DNA of 64,000 nt, from contig NC_016940.1 of NCBI RefSeq assembly GCF_000250635.1, positions 1,096,995-1,160,994 of the forward strand, in the 5' to 3' direction. The notes beneath the pieces were generated by a model. The model made no database searches and was not told the DNA's origin. It saw only the letters and a program-made list of their open reading frames with translations. Position numbers and translations under genes: made by a program. Shown here piece after piece: positions 18,201 to 25,363 of the stretch (positions are counted from its first letter, which is position 1; each line of letters starts with the position of its first letter). This DNA comes from Saprospira grandis str. Lewin. GTDB taxonomy: Bacteria; Bacteroidota; Bacteroidia; Chitinophagales; Saprospiraceae.

Positions 18201-18218
18201 CCAGTAATTATAAACAAA

Positions 18219-18956
18219 TTAAGCTAGGGCTAGCAAGCGTTGCTCCACAGATTTGAGCAGGCCAAAAAGCGACTGAAAATTGTCTAGATAATAATAGACC
18301 GACTGCATTTCGTGCTTATGAAAATGGTGTTTCAAAACGCTTTCGAGCAGAAAGGGGCGGAACTCGCAATTTTGGCCTTTATGGACCTGAATACTTTCGC
18401 CGAAAGAGGACAAAATGCCTGCCCCATAAATGGCTTGGCCCTGAGCATTTTTGCAAACGCCAAACTCGATAGTAAACCAATATAGGCGTTCGAGAGCGGC
18501 CACGGCATCGGGCAGATGAGCGACTTGCAAGCCGATGCGGCCGAACTCCTGCATAAAGTCGGCATATTGGGCATTAAAGAGGAGGGGAATATGGCCAAAA
18601 GTATCGTGAAACATATCGGGTTCCTCCAGATAATCGAGTTCCTCCATTTTTCGGAGCCAGCAAGAAGAGGGGAATCGGCGTTGGGCCAGTAGGGCAAAAA
18701 ACTCCTCTACGGGAATCAGGCCGGGCACCAGCTCGATACTAAAATTCTGTTCTTTTTGGAGCAGGGGCGAAAGCTCTTTAAAATTGGGAATAGCTTGGCC
18801 ATTTAGGGCCGATTGGGCGGCCTTTAGGGCGGGCCAGAGTTCGGGCACCGCCTTATCTTCTAGGTTTTCCCATTGGCGTTTGAACAAAAGTTGCCAAACG
18901 GCTTGATCTTCGGCTTGATAAGCCTCATAATTTTGCTGCATCATGATTTTGCGCAT
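18219..18956 (-). CDS. phhA: Phenylalanine 4-monooxygenase (biopterin-dependent aromatic amino-acid hydroxylase)
   Basis: EEPDMFHDTFGHIPLL iron-binding signature and ~245 aa length. Confidence 0.8.
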   Translation of the reverse strand: MRKIMMQQNYEAYQAEDQAVWQLLFKRQWENLEDKAVPELWPALKAAQSALNGQAIPNFKELSPLLQKEQNFSIELVPGLIPVEEFFALLAQRRFPSSCWLRKMEELDYLEEPDMFHDTFGHIPLLFNAQYADFMQEFGRIGLQVAHLPDAVAALERLYWFTIEFGVCKNAQGQAIYGAGILSSFGESIQVHKGQNCEFRPFLLESVLKHHFHKHEMQSVYYYLDNFQSLFGLLKSVEQRLLALA

Positions 18957-19000
18957 AAAAAAACCCGCTTTCTGCTTAGAGAAAGCGGGCTGTATTAAAG
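18957..19000 (-). promoter_or_regulatory. Terminator-like hairpin plus U7 tract abutting the phhA start codon (possible attenuator)
   Basis: On the minus strand the sequence reads aatacagcccgctttctctaagcagaaagcggg-ttttttt-ATG. The 10-bp stem is cccgctttct/agaaagcggg. Confidence 0.4.
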
Positions 19001-19210
19001 TATAAATGTATCTTTAGACAGGCAATAGAACGCTTACTCTAGCGGGGGCAGAGCAGCATAATAATAGCGCTGTAATTGAGTTTGTTTCATCTTTGATTAT
19101 CTTAAGCGCTCTAAATCAAGCGTTTTAAGGAATAAGGGCAAAGAAAGCAGGCCTTTTGCGAAAATCCAAGTTTTTTATTAGTTTTTTGTCATTGAACTCA
19201 AATTAATCCT

Positions 19211-20215
19211 ATGCACACACATTATCACATTCGACTTTCACAGGATGGGCAACTTTGGGCAGAATTTTCATTGCCCGAGGAGGCGGAGGCTAGTCTTTTG
19301 CTCAACTCATTAGAAACGATCTTGGACCTTTATCGGGAAGAGGACATTCATTTTTTGTTTAATGAGCGAAAAATCACGGCGGGGCCTGCGCAAAGAGAGC
19401 AGGAGCAATCCATTTTAGAATTGAGTCTGGCAGAACTTTGGGGAGATTTGGATGAGGCCTTATTGGTTTTGAACGGGCAAATTTGGAAGCTCTACCTTTT
19501 GGACCGGGCCTTAGAAGGGCCTGCTGAGCCGCAGCTTTTGGAATTGGGGCCGCAACTGCAGGAAGTTTGGCAGGAGCCGGCTTCTTTATTGGAAGAATTG
19601 ACCAATATGTTGGAAATGGCGCCTTTGCCATTGGAGGAAGAGGAAGACGACAACCCTTATACTGTTCAGGAATTGGCTCTTTTTCAGACCCAGATGGAAT
19701 TTAAGAAAATCCAGTTTCGTCAGTACAAAGCCTTGGGAGAAAGAGCCATGCAGCAGCTGCCCGAGGCCGAGTTATTTCGGCAATTTTCTGCTGATCAAAA
19801 CAGCATAGCCATTATTGTGCAGCACCTTTGGGGCAACATGCGTTCTCGTTGGACCGACTTTTTGAACACGGATGGCGAGAAAGACTGGCGAAACAGAGAC
19901 AATGAATTTGAGCTATACCTCAAGGACCGCAAAGCGGTGATGGACTACTGGGAAGAGGGCTGGTTGTTTCTTTTCAATGCGCTAGACCAATTGGAGGCCA
20001 AAGACTGGGACCGCAATGTTTACATTCATGGTGAGGAGCATTATGTTTGGCAGGCGATAGATCGGCAACTGGCTCATTATAGTTATCATATTGGCCAGAT
20101 TGTACTTTTTGCTCGCATCTTTAAACAAGATCCTTGGGAAAGTCTTTCTATTCCCAGAGGCAAATCGGCGGAATACAACCAGATGATGCGAGAGGAAAAC
20201 GAAAGAGAAGACTAG
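19211..20215 (+). CDS. Hypothetical protein with a C-terminal DUF1572 (DinB/YfiT-like) domain and a unique ~160-aa acidic N-terminal extension
   Basis: C-terminal half (MEFKKIQFRQYKALGERAM...HLWGNMRSRW...HYSYHIGQIV...) resembles the ~165-aa DUF1572 family as recalled. The N-terminal half has no recognisable family. Confidence 0.5.
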   Translation: MHTHYHIRLSQDGQLWAEFSLPEEAEASLLLNSLETILDLYREEDIHFLFNERKITAGPAQREQEQSILELSLAELWGDLDEALLVLNGQIWKLYLLDRALEGPAEPQLLELGPQLQEVWQEPASLLEELTNMLEMAPLPLEEEEDDNPYTVQELALFQTQMEFKKIQFRQYKALGERAMQQLPEAELFRQFSADQNSIAIIVQHLWGNMRSRWTDFLNTDGEKDWRNRDNEFELYLKDRKAVMDYWEEGWLFLFNALDQLEAKDWDRNVYIHGEEHYVWQAIDRQLAHYSYHIGQIVLFARIFKQDPWESLSIPRGKSAEYNQMMREENERED

Positions 20216-20328
20216 CGTTTGGGCGGGCTTATTCTGAGGAAGAAAAGGCCCGCTTTGCTATGATTTTTTTTGAAAAAGCTGGATATTGAGCAGTTGTAAA
20301 TGAACCTAGGCTGGAGGTGGAGACTTGA

Positions 20329-20730
20329 GCCTATAATAGCGCAGATGAGGAAATTATTCTGCTGGATAAGGTAGCCAAGCAAAAACTATTAACGGATGAG
20401 GAAATTAAATCCTTAAAAGCCAAGAAACTAATCGAGGGAAGAAAGCCCAACTTTCATATTTCCTCAGAAGTAGCTAAAGCATCGGGAGATAAAGCAAGGT
20501 ATATAAAGCAAAGAGGGATTGACGATAAGTTTTATGAACAGTTAATTATTCAATATTTGAATAAATTTCAAGTAGCTAGTAGCGCTGACCTTAAAAAACT
20601 ACTACTCGATAAATTACCTGAAATTTTAGCTCCCAAACAGAAAGAAAATAAAATCAGAAATATGTTGCAAAAGATGAAGCGCAACTCACTAATTAAGCTA
20701 AATGAAAACCGAGAATGGCAACTCGTTTAA
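20329..20730 (+). pseudogene. Remnant (C-terminal ~130 codons) of a RecG-like 'ATP-binding protein / putative transcriptional regulator' gene, with the N-terminal part deleted
   Basis: The frame is open from the stop at 20326 but has no start codon. The translation ...LIEGRKPNFHISSEVAKASGDKARYIKQRGIDDKFYEQLIIQYLNKFQVASSADLKKLLLDKLPEILAPKQKENKIRNMLQKMKRNSLIKLNENREWQLV* matches the conserved C-terminal HTH tail of that family as recalled. Confidence 0.55.
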
Positions 20731-20817
20731 TTTAAACGGGATTTAAACGGGATTTAAACGGGATTTAAACGGGATTTAAACGGGATTTAAACGGGATTTA
20801 AACGGGATTTAAACGGG
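20731..20817. repeat. Tandem repeat, 11-bp unit (atttaaacggg) x ~8
   Basis: tttaaacggg followed by (atttaaacggg)x7, directly visible. It begins at the stop codon of the truncated gene. Confidence 0.9.
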
Positions 20818-20934
20818 AAATTAATGCAAAGTACTGGAAATCAAAAACATAAGTCTCGTTTAATTTGGTTTAAAAAAATTTAATTTAATCGAATTAGCTA
20901 TTTTTAAATGATAGAAATTTAAGCCTCAGGAATC

Positions 20935-20946
20935 GACTAATTAGTC
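20935..20946. promoter_or_regulatory. Perfect 12-bp palindrome gactaattagtc in an AT-rich upstream region (candidate operator)
   Basis: Self-complementary dodecamer followed by the half-site-like aactaat, ~120 bp upstream of the 21066 gene. Confidence 0.3.
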
Positions 20947-21065
20947 AACTAATCAAAACATTTTTACACAAAGCGCTGTATTTTACTAGAAAATTAGGGT
21001 ATAATCATCCAATATTTTCATATATAGGCAAAGCAAAAATCAGAACCACCAAATATCAATGATAA

Positions 21066-21872
21066 ATGTCTACTAAAAAGAAACTACATATTCCCATCTT
21101 GGCCGATATGGCTGCTGCGGGCCAAGAGCCCGAGGTCCTTTTTTGGGTAGGTTGCGCAGGCAGCTTTGACGATAGAGCCAAAAAAGTAACTGTGGCCTTT
21201 AGCAAGCTGCTTTCGGCGGCGGGGGTAGAATTTGCCATTTTGGGCAAAGAAGAAAGTTGTACTGGAGACCCTGCTCGCCGAGCTGGAAACGAGTTCATCT
21301 TTCAGATGCAAGCCATGCAAAACATCGAAACGCTCAAGATGTATAATGTGAAGAAGATCGTGACGACTTGTCCGCACTGCTTCAATATTCTAAAAAATGA
21401 GTATCCTGTTTTGGGTCTAGAAGGGGTTGAGGTATTGCATCACACCCAGCTCATTCAAAGTCTATTGGCGGAGGGTAAATTGACTGTAGAAGGCGGTAGC
21501 TTTGCAGGCAAGACCCTGACTTACCATGACTCTTGCTACTTAGGTCGAGCCAATGATATTTATGAAGCGCCTAGAGCTATTTTGGAGAAAATTGATGGCC
21601 AATTGACTGAAATGCAGCGTTCTCGCTCTAAGGGACTTTGCTGCGGAGCGGGTGGAGCCCAGATGTTTAAGGAAAATGAGCCTGGTGACAAGCGAATTAA
21701 TATGGAGCGGGCTGAGGAAGTCATTGCTACAGGGGCCGACTATGTTACGGCCAACTGTCCTTTCTGCATTACTATGCTTCAGGATGGACTCAAAGCAGAA
21801 AATGACAAGCGCCAAAGTCCTATTATGGTCCTTGACCTTTCTGAAATGATTGTAGAAGCCAATAAACTGTAA
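21066..21872 (+). CDS. (Fe-S)-binding protein with two cysteine-rich CCG domains (LutA/GlpC/YkgE-like)
   Basis: Two CCG-type Cys clusters (WVGCAGSFDDRAKKVTVAF...CTGDPARRAGNE...TCPHCFNIL and CYLGRAND...LCCGAGGAQMFKENEPGDKR...NCPFCITML). ~268 aa. Confidence 0.7.
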   Translation: MSTKKKLHIPILADMAAAGQEPEVLFWVGCAGSFDDRAKKVTVAFSKLLSAAGVEFAILGKEESCTGDPARRAGNEFIFQMQAMQNIETLKMYNVKKIVTTCPHCFNILKNEYPVLGLEGVEVLHHTQLIQSLLAEGKLTVEGGSFAGKTLTYHDSCYLGRANDIYEAPRAILEKIDGQLTEMQRSRSKGLCCGAGGAQMFKENEPGDKRINMERAEEVIATGADYVTANCPFCITMLQDGLKAENDKRQSPIMVLDLSEMIVEANKL

Positions 21873-21877
21873 GCCTT

Positions 21878-22360
21878 ATGGCCAATTTTGATGCCTTTTC
21901 GCCCAATAGCCGACTTTGGATTTATCAGGGGCAGCGCCCTTTTACTGCAGAAGAACAGGCAGAATGGAACCCCAAACTACAGGCCTTTGCCAGCTCTTGG
22001 TTGAGCCACCAAAGACAACTTAAAGCTTGGGGCGGGATTTTGCAAGATTACTTTGTGGTCTTGATGGTTGATGAAGAGCAAGCCGATGCTAGTGGCTGTT
22101 CTATTGATAAATCTGTTGCTTTTATTAAGGAGATGAGCCAAGCTACTGGCCAAGACCTTTTTGAGCGGATGTTCTTTTTGTATCGCAATGAAGAGGGCCA
22201 AATTGAAGGCCTTCCCTCTACTGATTTTGCCGCGGCCTTTGCTGAAGGTAAAATCAAAGCGGATAGCCCCGTTTTCAATAATTTGGTCCAAACCAAAGCC
22301 GAACTAGAAAGCAAATGGGAAATTCCCCTAGAAGAGAGTTGGCATAAGAACTTTGTTTAG
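21878..22360 (+). CDS. Hypothetical conserved protein, ~160 aa (a family that seems to be annotated as 'ABC transporter ATPase' in Bacteroidota, as I recall)
   Basis: 6-nt gap to the upstream gene. MANFDAFSPNSRLWIYQGQRPF start. No catalytic motifs recognised. Confidence 0.45.
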   Translation: MANFDAFSPNSRLWIYQGQRPFTAEEQAEWNPKLQAFASSWLSHQRQLKAWGGILQDYFVVLMVDEEQADASGCSIDKSVAFIKEMSQATGQDLFERMFFLYRNEEGQIEGLPSTDFAAAFAEGKIKADSPVFNNLVQTKAELESKWEIPLEESWHKNFV

Positions 22361-22467
22361 GGTTTGTTTAATCCTTAGCCCTTAAACAAATATGGCCTCC
22401 TCCGCTTTTAAGAGAGAAGAACATTTAGAACCGAAGTGGAGCTCACTCCCTTCACAAAAAAAGAATT

Positions 22468-23025
22468 ATGGCACTTACGCATTCTAATATGCTGCCCCTA
22501 GGCAGTTCCGCTCCAGCTTTTCAACTGCCTGATACTGTTTCGGGCCAAAGAAAAAGCCTAAGCGAGCTGCAATCTGATCAAGGAACCCTTGTCTTTTTTA
22601 TTTGTAATCACTGCCCTTATGTCATCCATATCTTGCCTGAGCTCAAACGCCTAGCCCAAGATTATCAGGCAAAAGGAATTAGCTTTATCGCCATTAGCTC
22701 TAATGATGTAGAGAACTATCCCGATGATTCTCCCGAAAAGATGAAGGAACTGGCCCAAGAAGAAGGCTGGGACTTTCCCTACCTCTATGATGAGGATCAA
22801 AGCGTGGCCAAAGCCTATGATGCCGCCTGTACGCCCGATTTCTACCTCTTTGATGGAGAAGCAAAACTGGCCTACCGTGGTCGTCTAGATGACTCTCGTC
22901 CCAATAGCGGAACGCCACTAACTGGCGCAGATTTAAGAGCCGCCCTAGATGCTGTACTCGCTAAACAAGCCGTTAGCGAAACGCAATATCCTAGCGCCGG
23001 CTGTGGTATTAAATGGAAAAAATAA
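22468..23025 (+). CDS. Thioredoxin-fold (AhpC/TSA-like) thiol-disulfide oxidoreductase family protein
   Basis: FICNHCPYV redox motif region, ~185 aa, no signal peptide. Confidence 0.65.
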   Translation: MALTHSNMLPLGSSAPAFQLPDTVSGQRKSLSELQSDQGTLVFFICNHCPYVIHILPELKRLAQDYQAKGISFIAISSNDVENYPDDSPEKMKELAQEEGWDFPYLYDEDQSVAKAYDAACTPDFYLFDGEAKLAYRGRLDDSRPNSGTPLTGADLRAALDAVLAKQAVSETQYPSAGCGIKWKK

Positions 23026-23029
23026 CCCT

Positions 23030-23830
23030 ATGCATCAAGCATTTTTATGGGAAATAAAGCAGGGAGGCCAAGCGCCTCCCTCTTTTGTCTTGGGCAGTAT
23101 GCACAGTACCGACCAAAGAGTATTTGGCGGACTAGAACAACTAACTGCTTTGCTTAAAGAAGTAGAATACTTTGCCCTAGAGTTTGATAGCCAAACGCTA
23201 AATGAAGAACAACAGCTTCAGCTGCATTTGGCCCAACAACTTCCCCAAGGACAACAACTTTCAGACTTGGTTTCGCCTAGTATTTGGCGCAAGCTCCAAG
23301 AACTCTTTGCTCAAGAATTGGGCATGCCTTTTTTGCTGGACCAATTGGTCCATAGCCGCCCTATGCTCATTCCCCAATTCTATAACCAATGGAAAAGCGC
23401 TAAGGATTATCCCATGGCCTTAGACCATTATCTCCTGCAGTTGGCCCAAACAGAAGAATTGCAAATTGAAAATCTAGAGACCTTTGAGGAAATGCTCTCG
23501 GTCTTTGAAAACTTGCCCATAGCCCCTCAAATCTGGGCCCTCAAAAAATTTGTCTGTCAGAGAGGCAAACAATGGAAGAAGTTTCAGCAAAGTCTAGACG
23601 CTTATGCCGCAGGCAATCTGCCCTACCTGCTCAAGCAACAACAAAAGGTTTCGGGCAAAAGCAGAAGGGTCATCCTCCTCCAACGCAACCAAGCCATTTT
23701 GCCCCGTATGCAAAAACTCATGAAAAAAGGCCCCAGCCTAATGGTCCTTGGCCTCTATCATCTGATTGGCAGCCAGGGCTTGTTGCGCAGCCTCAAACAA
23801 AAAGGCTATTTAGTACGCCCTTTGTTTTAA
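23030..23830 (+). CDS. TraB/GumN family protein
   Basis: MHQAFLWEIKQGGQAPPSFVLGSMHSTD matches the TraB/GumN N-terminal signature (LWEIxxxG...S(Y/F)xxG(T/S)MH). Start moved to the ATG at 23030. Confidence 0.6.
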   Translation: MHQAFLWEIKQGGQAPPSFVLGSMHSTDQRVFGGLEQLTALLKEVEYFALEFDSQTLNEEQQLQLHLAQQLPQGQQLSDLVSPSIWRKLQELFAQELGMPFLLDQLVHSRPMLIPQFYNQWKSAKDYPMALDHYLLQLAQTEELQIENLETFEEMLSVFENLPIAPQIWALKKFVCQRGKQWKKFQQSLDAYAAGNLPYLLKQQQKVSGKSRRVILLQRNQAILPRMQKLMKKGPSLMVLGLYHLIGSQGLLRSLKQKGYLVRPLF

Positions 23831-23835
23831 AGCTC

Positions 23836-23864
23836 CCCAAAGCGGCCTTCGGCCGCTTTTTTTG
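23836..23864. terminator. Bidirectional rho-independent terminator
   Basis: agcggcc-ttc-ggccgct stem (cUUCGg-type loop) followed by T7. Confidence 0.7.
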
Positions 23865-23868
23865 CCCC

Positions 23869-25002
23869 CTACTCTAGCTTTTCTAAGCCCCCAAATTCTG
23901 CCTGCCCCTGGGCCAACATGGCTTTGCGAGCCGATAATTCTACTTTCTCCGATTTTTGCAAACAAGAGAAGTCCGCCGCCAAAATGGCTTGGAGCTCCGC
24001 CAAAACTTCTTCCCGACTCAACCAGTAGTGCTCCGTCAAAAAGATGTCGTCTAATAGCTTTTGCTTAAAGGGATCTAAGGCTTGATCTAAGTTTAAATCG
24101 CTCTGATAAAGCGCATCCAGCCGCTCAAAAAGGGCCAAATGCTGCCCCCGACCCAATAGGCTGTATTCCCGATTTTCTTCCAACAAAGCTATGCTCCAAC
24201 TCCCCAGAGAATAACCCAAACTGTCTAAAGGATAGGCCGCATAAAAAAGCTCCACCAATTGGTCATCTAAGCTGTCTGCCGTCTGCTCGGCCAACTTCCC
24301 CCAAAATCTGTAATCCCGATACAGCTGATATTCGGTTTTGGGGGCTGGCAAATAGACCAAATAACCCGGCAGTACATGCTGCAACCAAAAGAAATTGGCC
24401 AAACTATCTGCCGAACTTAAGGCCAAGGCCTCATTCACCCGCTCCTCCAAGGCCAATTCTAGGTTTTCGCCCTTTTTATACAACATCCGAAAAGCAGGCA
24501 AACTCTGAATCTCTGCTGCTTCTCGCTGATATTGCTTGACCTCCGCAGCCAACTCGTCGCCAAAAAAGAAGTATAAACGCCGATCTAACCAAAGCCGCTG
24601 CAAATCCTCCGAGGGCAGGCTGTCAAAGCTCAAACTCCCCCCAAATAACCAGCCCTTATAGCCATCTGCCGCCTCTACTTCTAGCCAGGGCTCCCTATGG
24701 TCCACCCCCTCCAAACGGATCAAACTTTCGGCCTTGCTCATCCGCCCCAAATACCGAAAACTACTGCCTTTGTGGTAGCTCCGCAAACTTTTTGCCCCCC
24801 AATCTGGCGCCGCTTTCAACTCCCCTTCTCGACTGCTCAGGCTCAGGCTGGCTCCTTGCCCATCTGTCGATATGTATAGGCTGCTGTCTGCGGTTTTGGG
24901 CGCTTTTTCTGGCCCTTCTAGCAGCGGTTCCTGGCCTTGCTCTTCGGTACAAGAAAACAATAACAAACAGACAATCAAGGATATAGCGGAATATATTTTC
25001 AT
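23869..25002 (-). CDS. Hypothetical lipoprotein
   Basis: MKIYSAISLIVCLLLFSCTEEQ lipobox-like signal. Otherwise no recognised family. Confidence 0.5.
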   Translation of the reverse strand: MKIYSAISLIVCLLLFSCTEEQGQEPLLEGPEKAPKTADSSLYISTDGQGASLSLSSREGELKAAPDWGAKSLRSYHKGSSFRYLGRMSKAESLIRLEGVDHREPWLEVEAADGYKGWLFGGSLSFDSLPSEDLQRLWLDRRLYFFFGDELAAEVKQYQREAAEIQSLPAFRMLYKKGENLELALEERVNEALALSSADSLANFFWLQHVLPGYLVYLPAPKTEYQLYRDYRFWGKLAEQTADSLDDQLVELFYAAYPLDSLGYSLGSWSIALLEENREYSLLGRGQHLALFERLDALYQSDLNLDQALDPFKQKLLDDIFLTEHYWLSREEVLAELQAILAADFSCLQKSEKVELSARKAMLAQGQAEFGGLEKLE

Positions 25003-25012
25003 CTTTTTTTTT

Positions 25013-25172
25013 ATTTTGGGGCTGCCCCGCCCTGCGGGCGGGTCGGGCTGTGTCAGGGCTCGCAGGTCTGCTCGGCCCTTCGCAAAAAAGCTGCGCTTTT
25101 TTGCTCGGTCTGGCCCTGCGGGCCACCCTTATCCATCCCTCAGCCGAGGGCCAGCCGCCAAGCGCTTTAGCC
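25013..25172 (+). repeat. GC-rich modular intergenic repeat, copy 8 (forward, head variant B)
   Basis: ttttggggctgccccgccctgcgggcgggtcgggctgtgtcagggctcgcaggtctgctcggcccttcgcaaaaaagctgcgcttttttgctcggtctggccctgcgggccacccttatccatccctcagcc... Confidence 0.85.
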
Positions 25173-25234
25173 TAAAATTTTTATCAAAGAAGGGCCAAAC
25201 AATTAATTAGATCATTGCGAAGCAATACCATTTT

Positions 25235-25359
25235 GGCCTAGCGATGTGCAGCAGTGGCCGTCAGGCCAGACCGAGCCGCTGAAAGCGGCGAAGGGCCGAG
25301 CGAACAGCGAGCTGCGAAACGTAGCGCCGCAAGGCGAAGCCGCAGCGGAGGCCCCAAAA
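25235..25359 (-). repeat. GC-rich modular intergenic repeat, copy 9 (reverse); forms an inverted pair with copy 8
   Basis: ggcctagcgatgtgcagcagtggccgtcaggccagaccgagccgctgaaagcggcgaagggccgagcgaacagcgagctgcgaaacgtagcgccgcaaggcgaagccgcagcggaggccccaaaa. Confidence 0.85.
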
Positions 25360-25363
25360 CATC

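Noticed and set aside
16612-18217. N-terminal extension of the radical SAM gene (16632 start), plus ORFs 16612..16875, 17931..18197 and 18029..18217
   Set aside because: All are confined to repeat copies 6 and 7. The radical SAM protein starts naturally at the ATG at 16818.
20731-20817. Possible CRISPR array
   Set aside because: It is a pure 11-bp head-to-tail tandem repeat with no spacers. Likewise the 58449..58760 block has repeats of unequal unit types and no unique equal-length spacers, and no cas genes are nearby.
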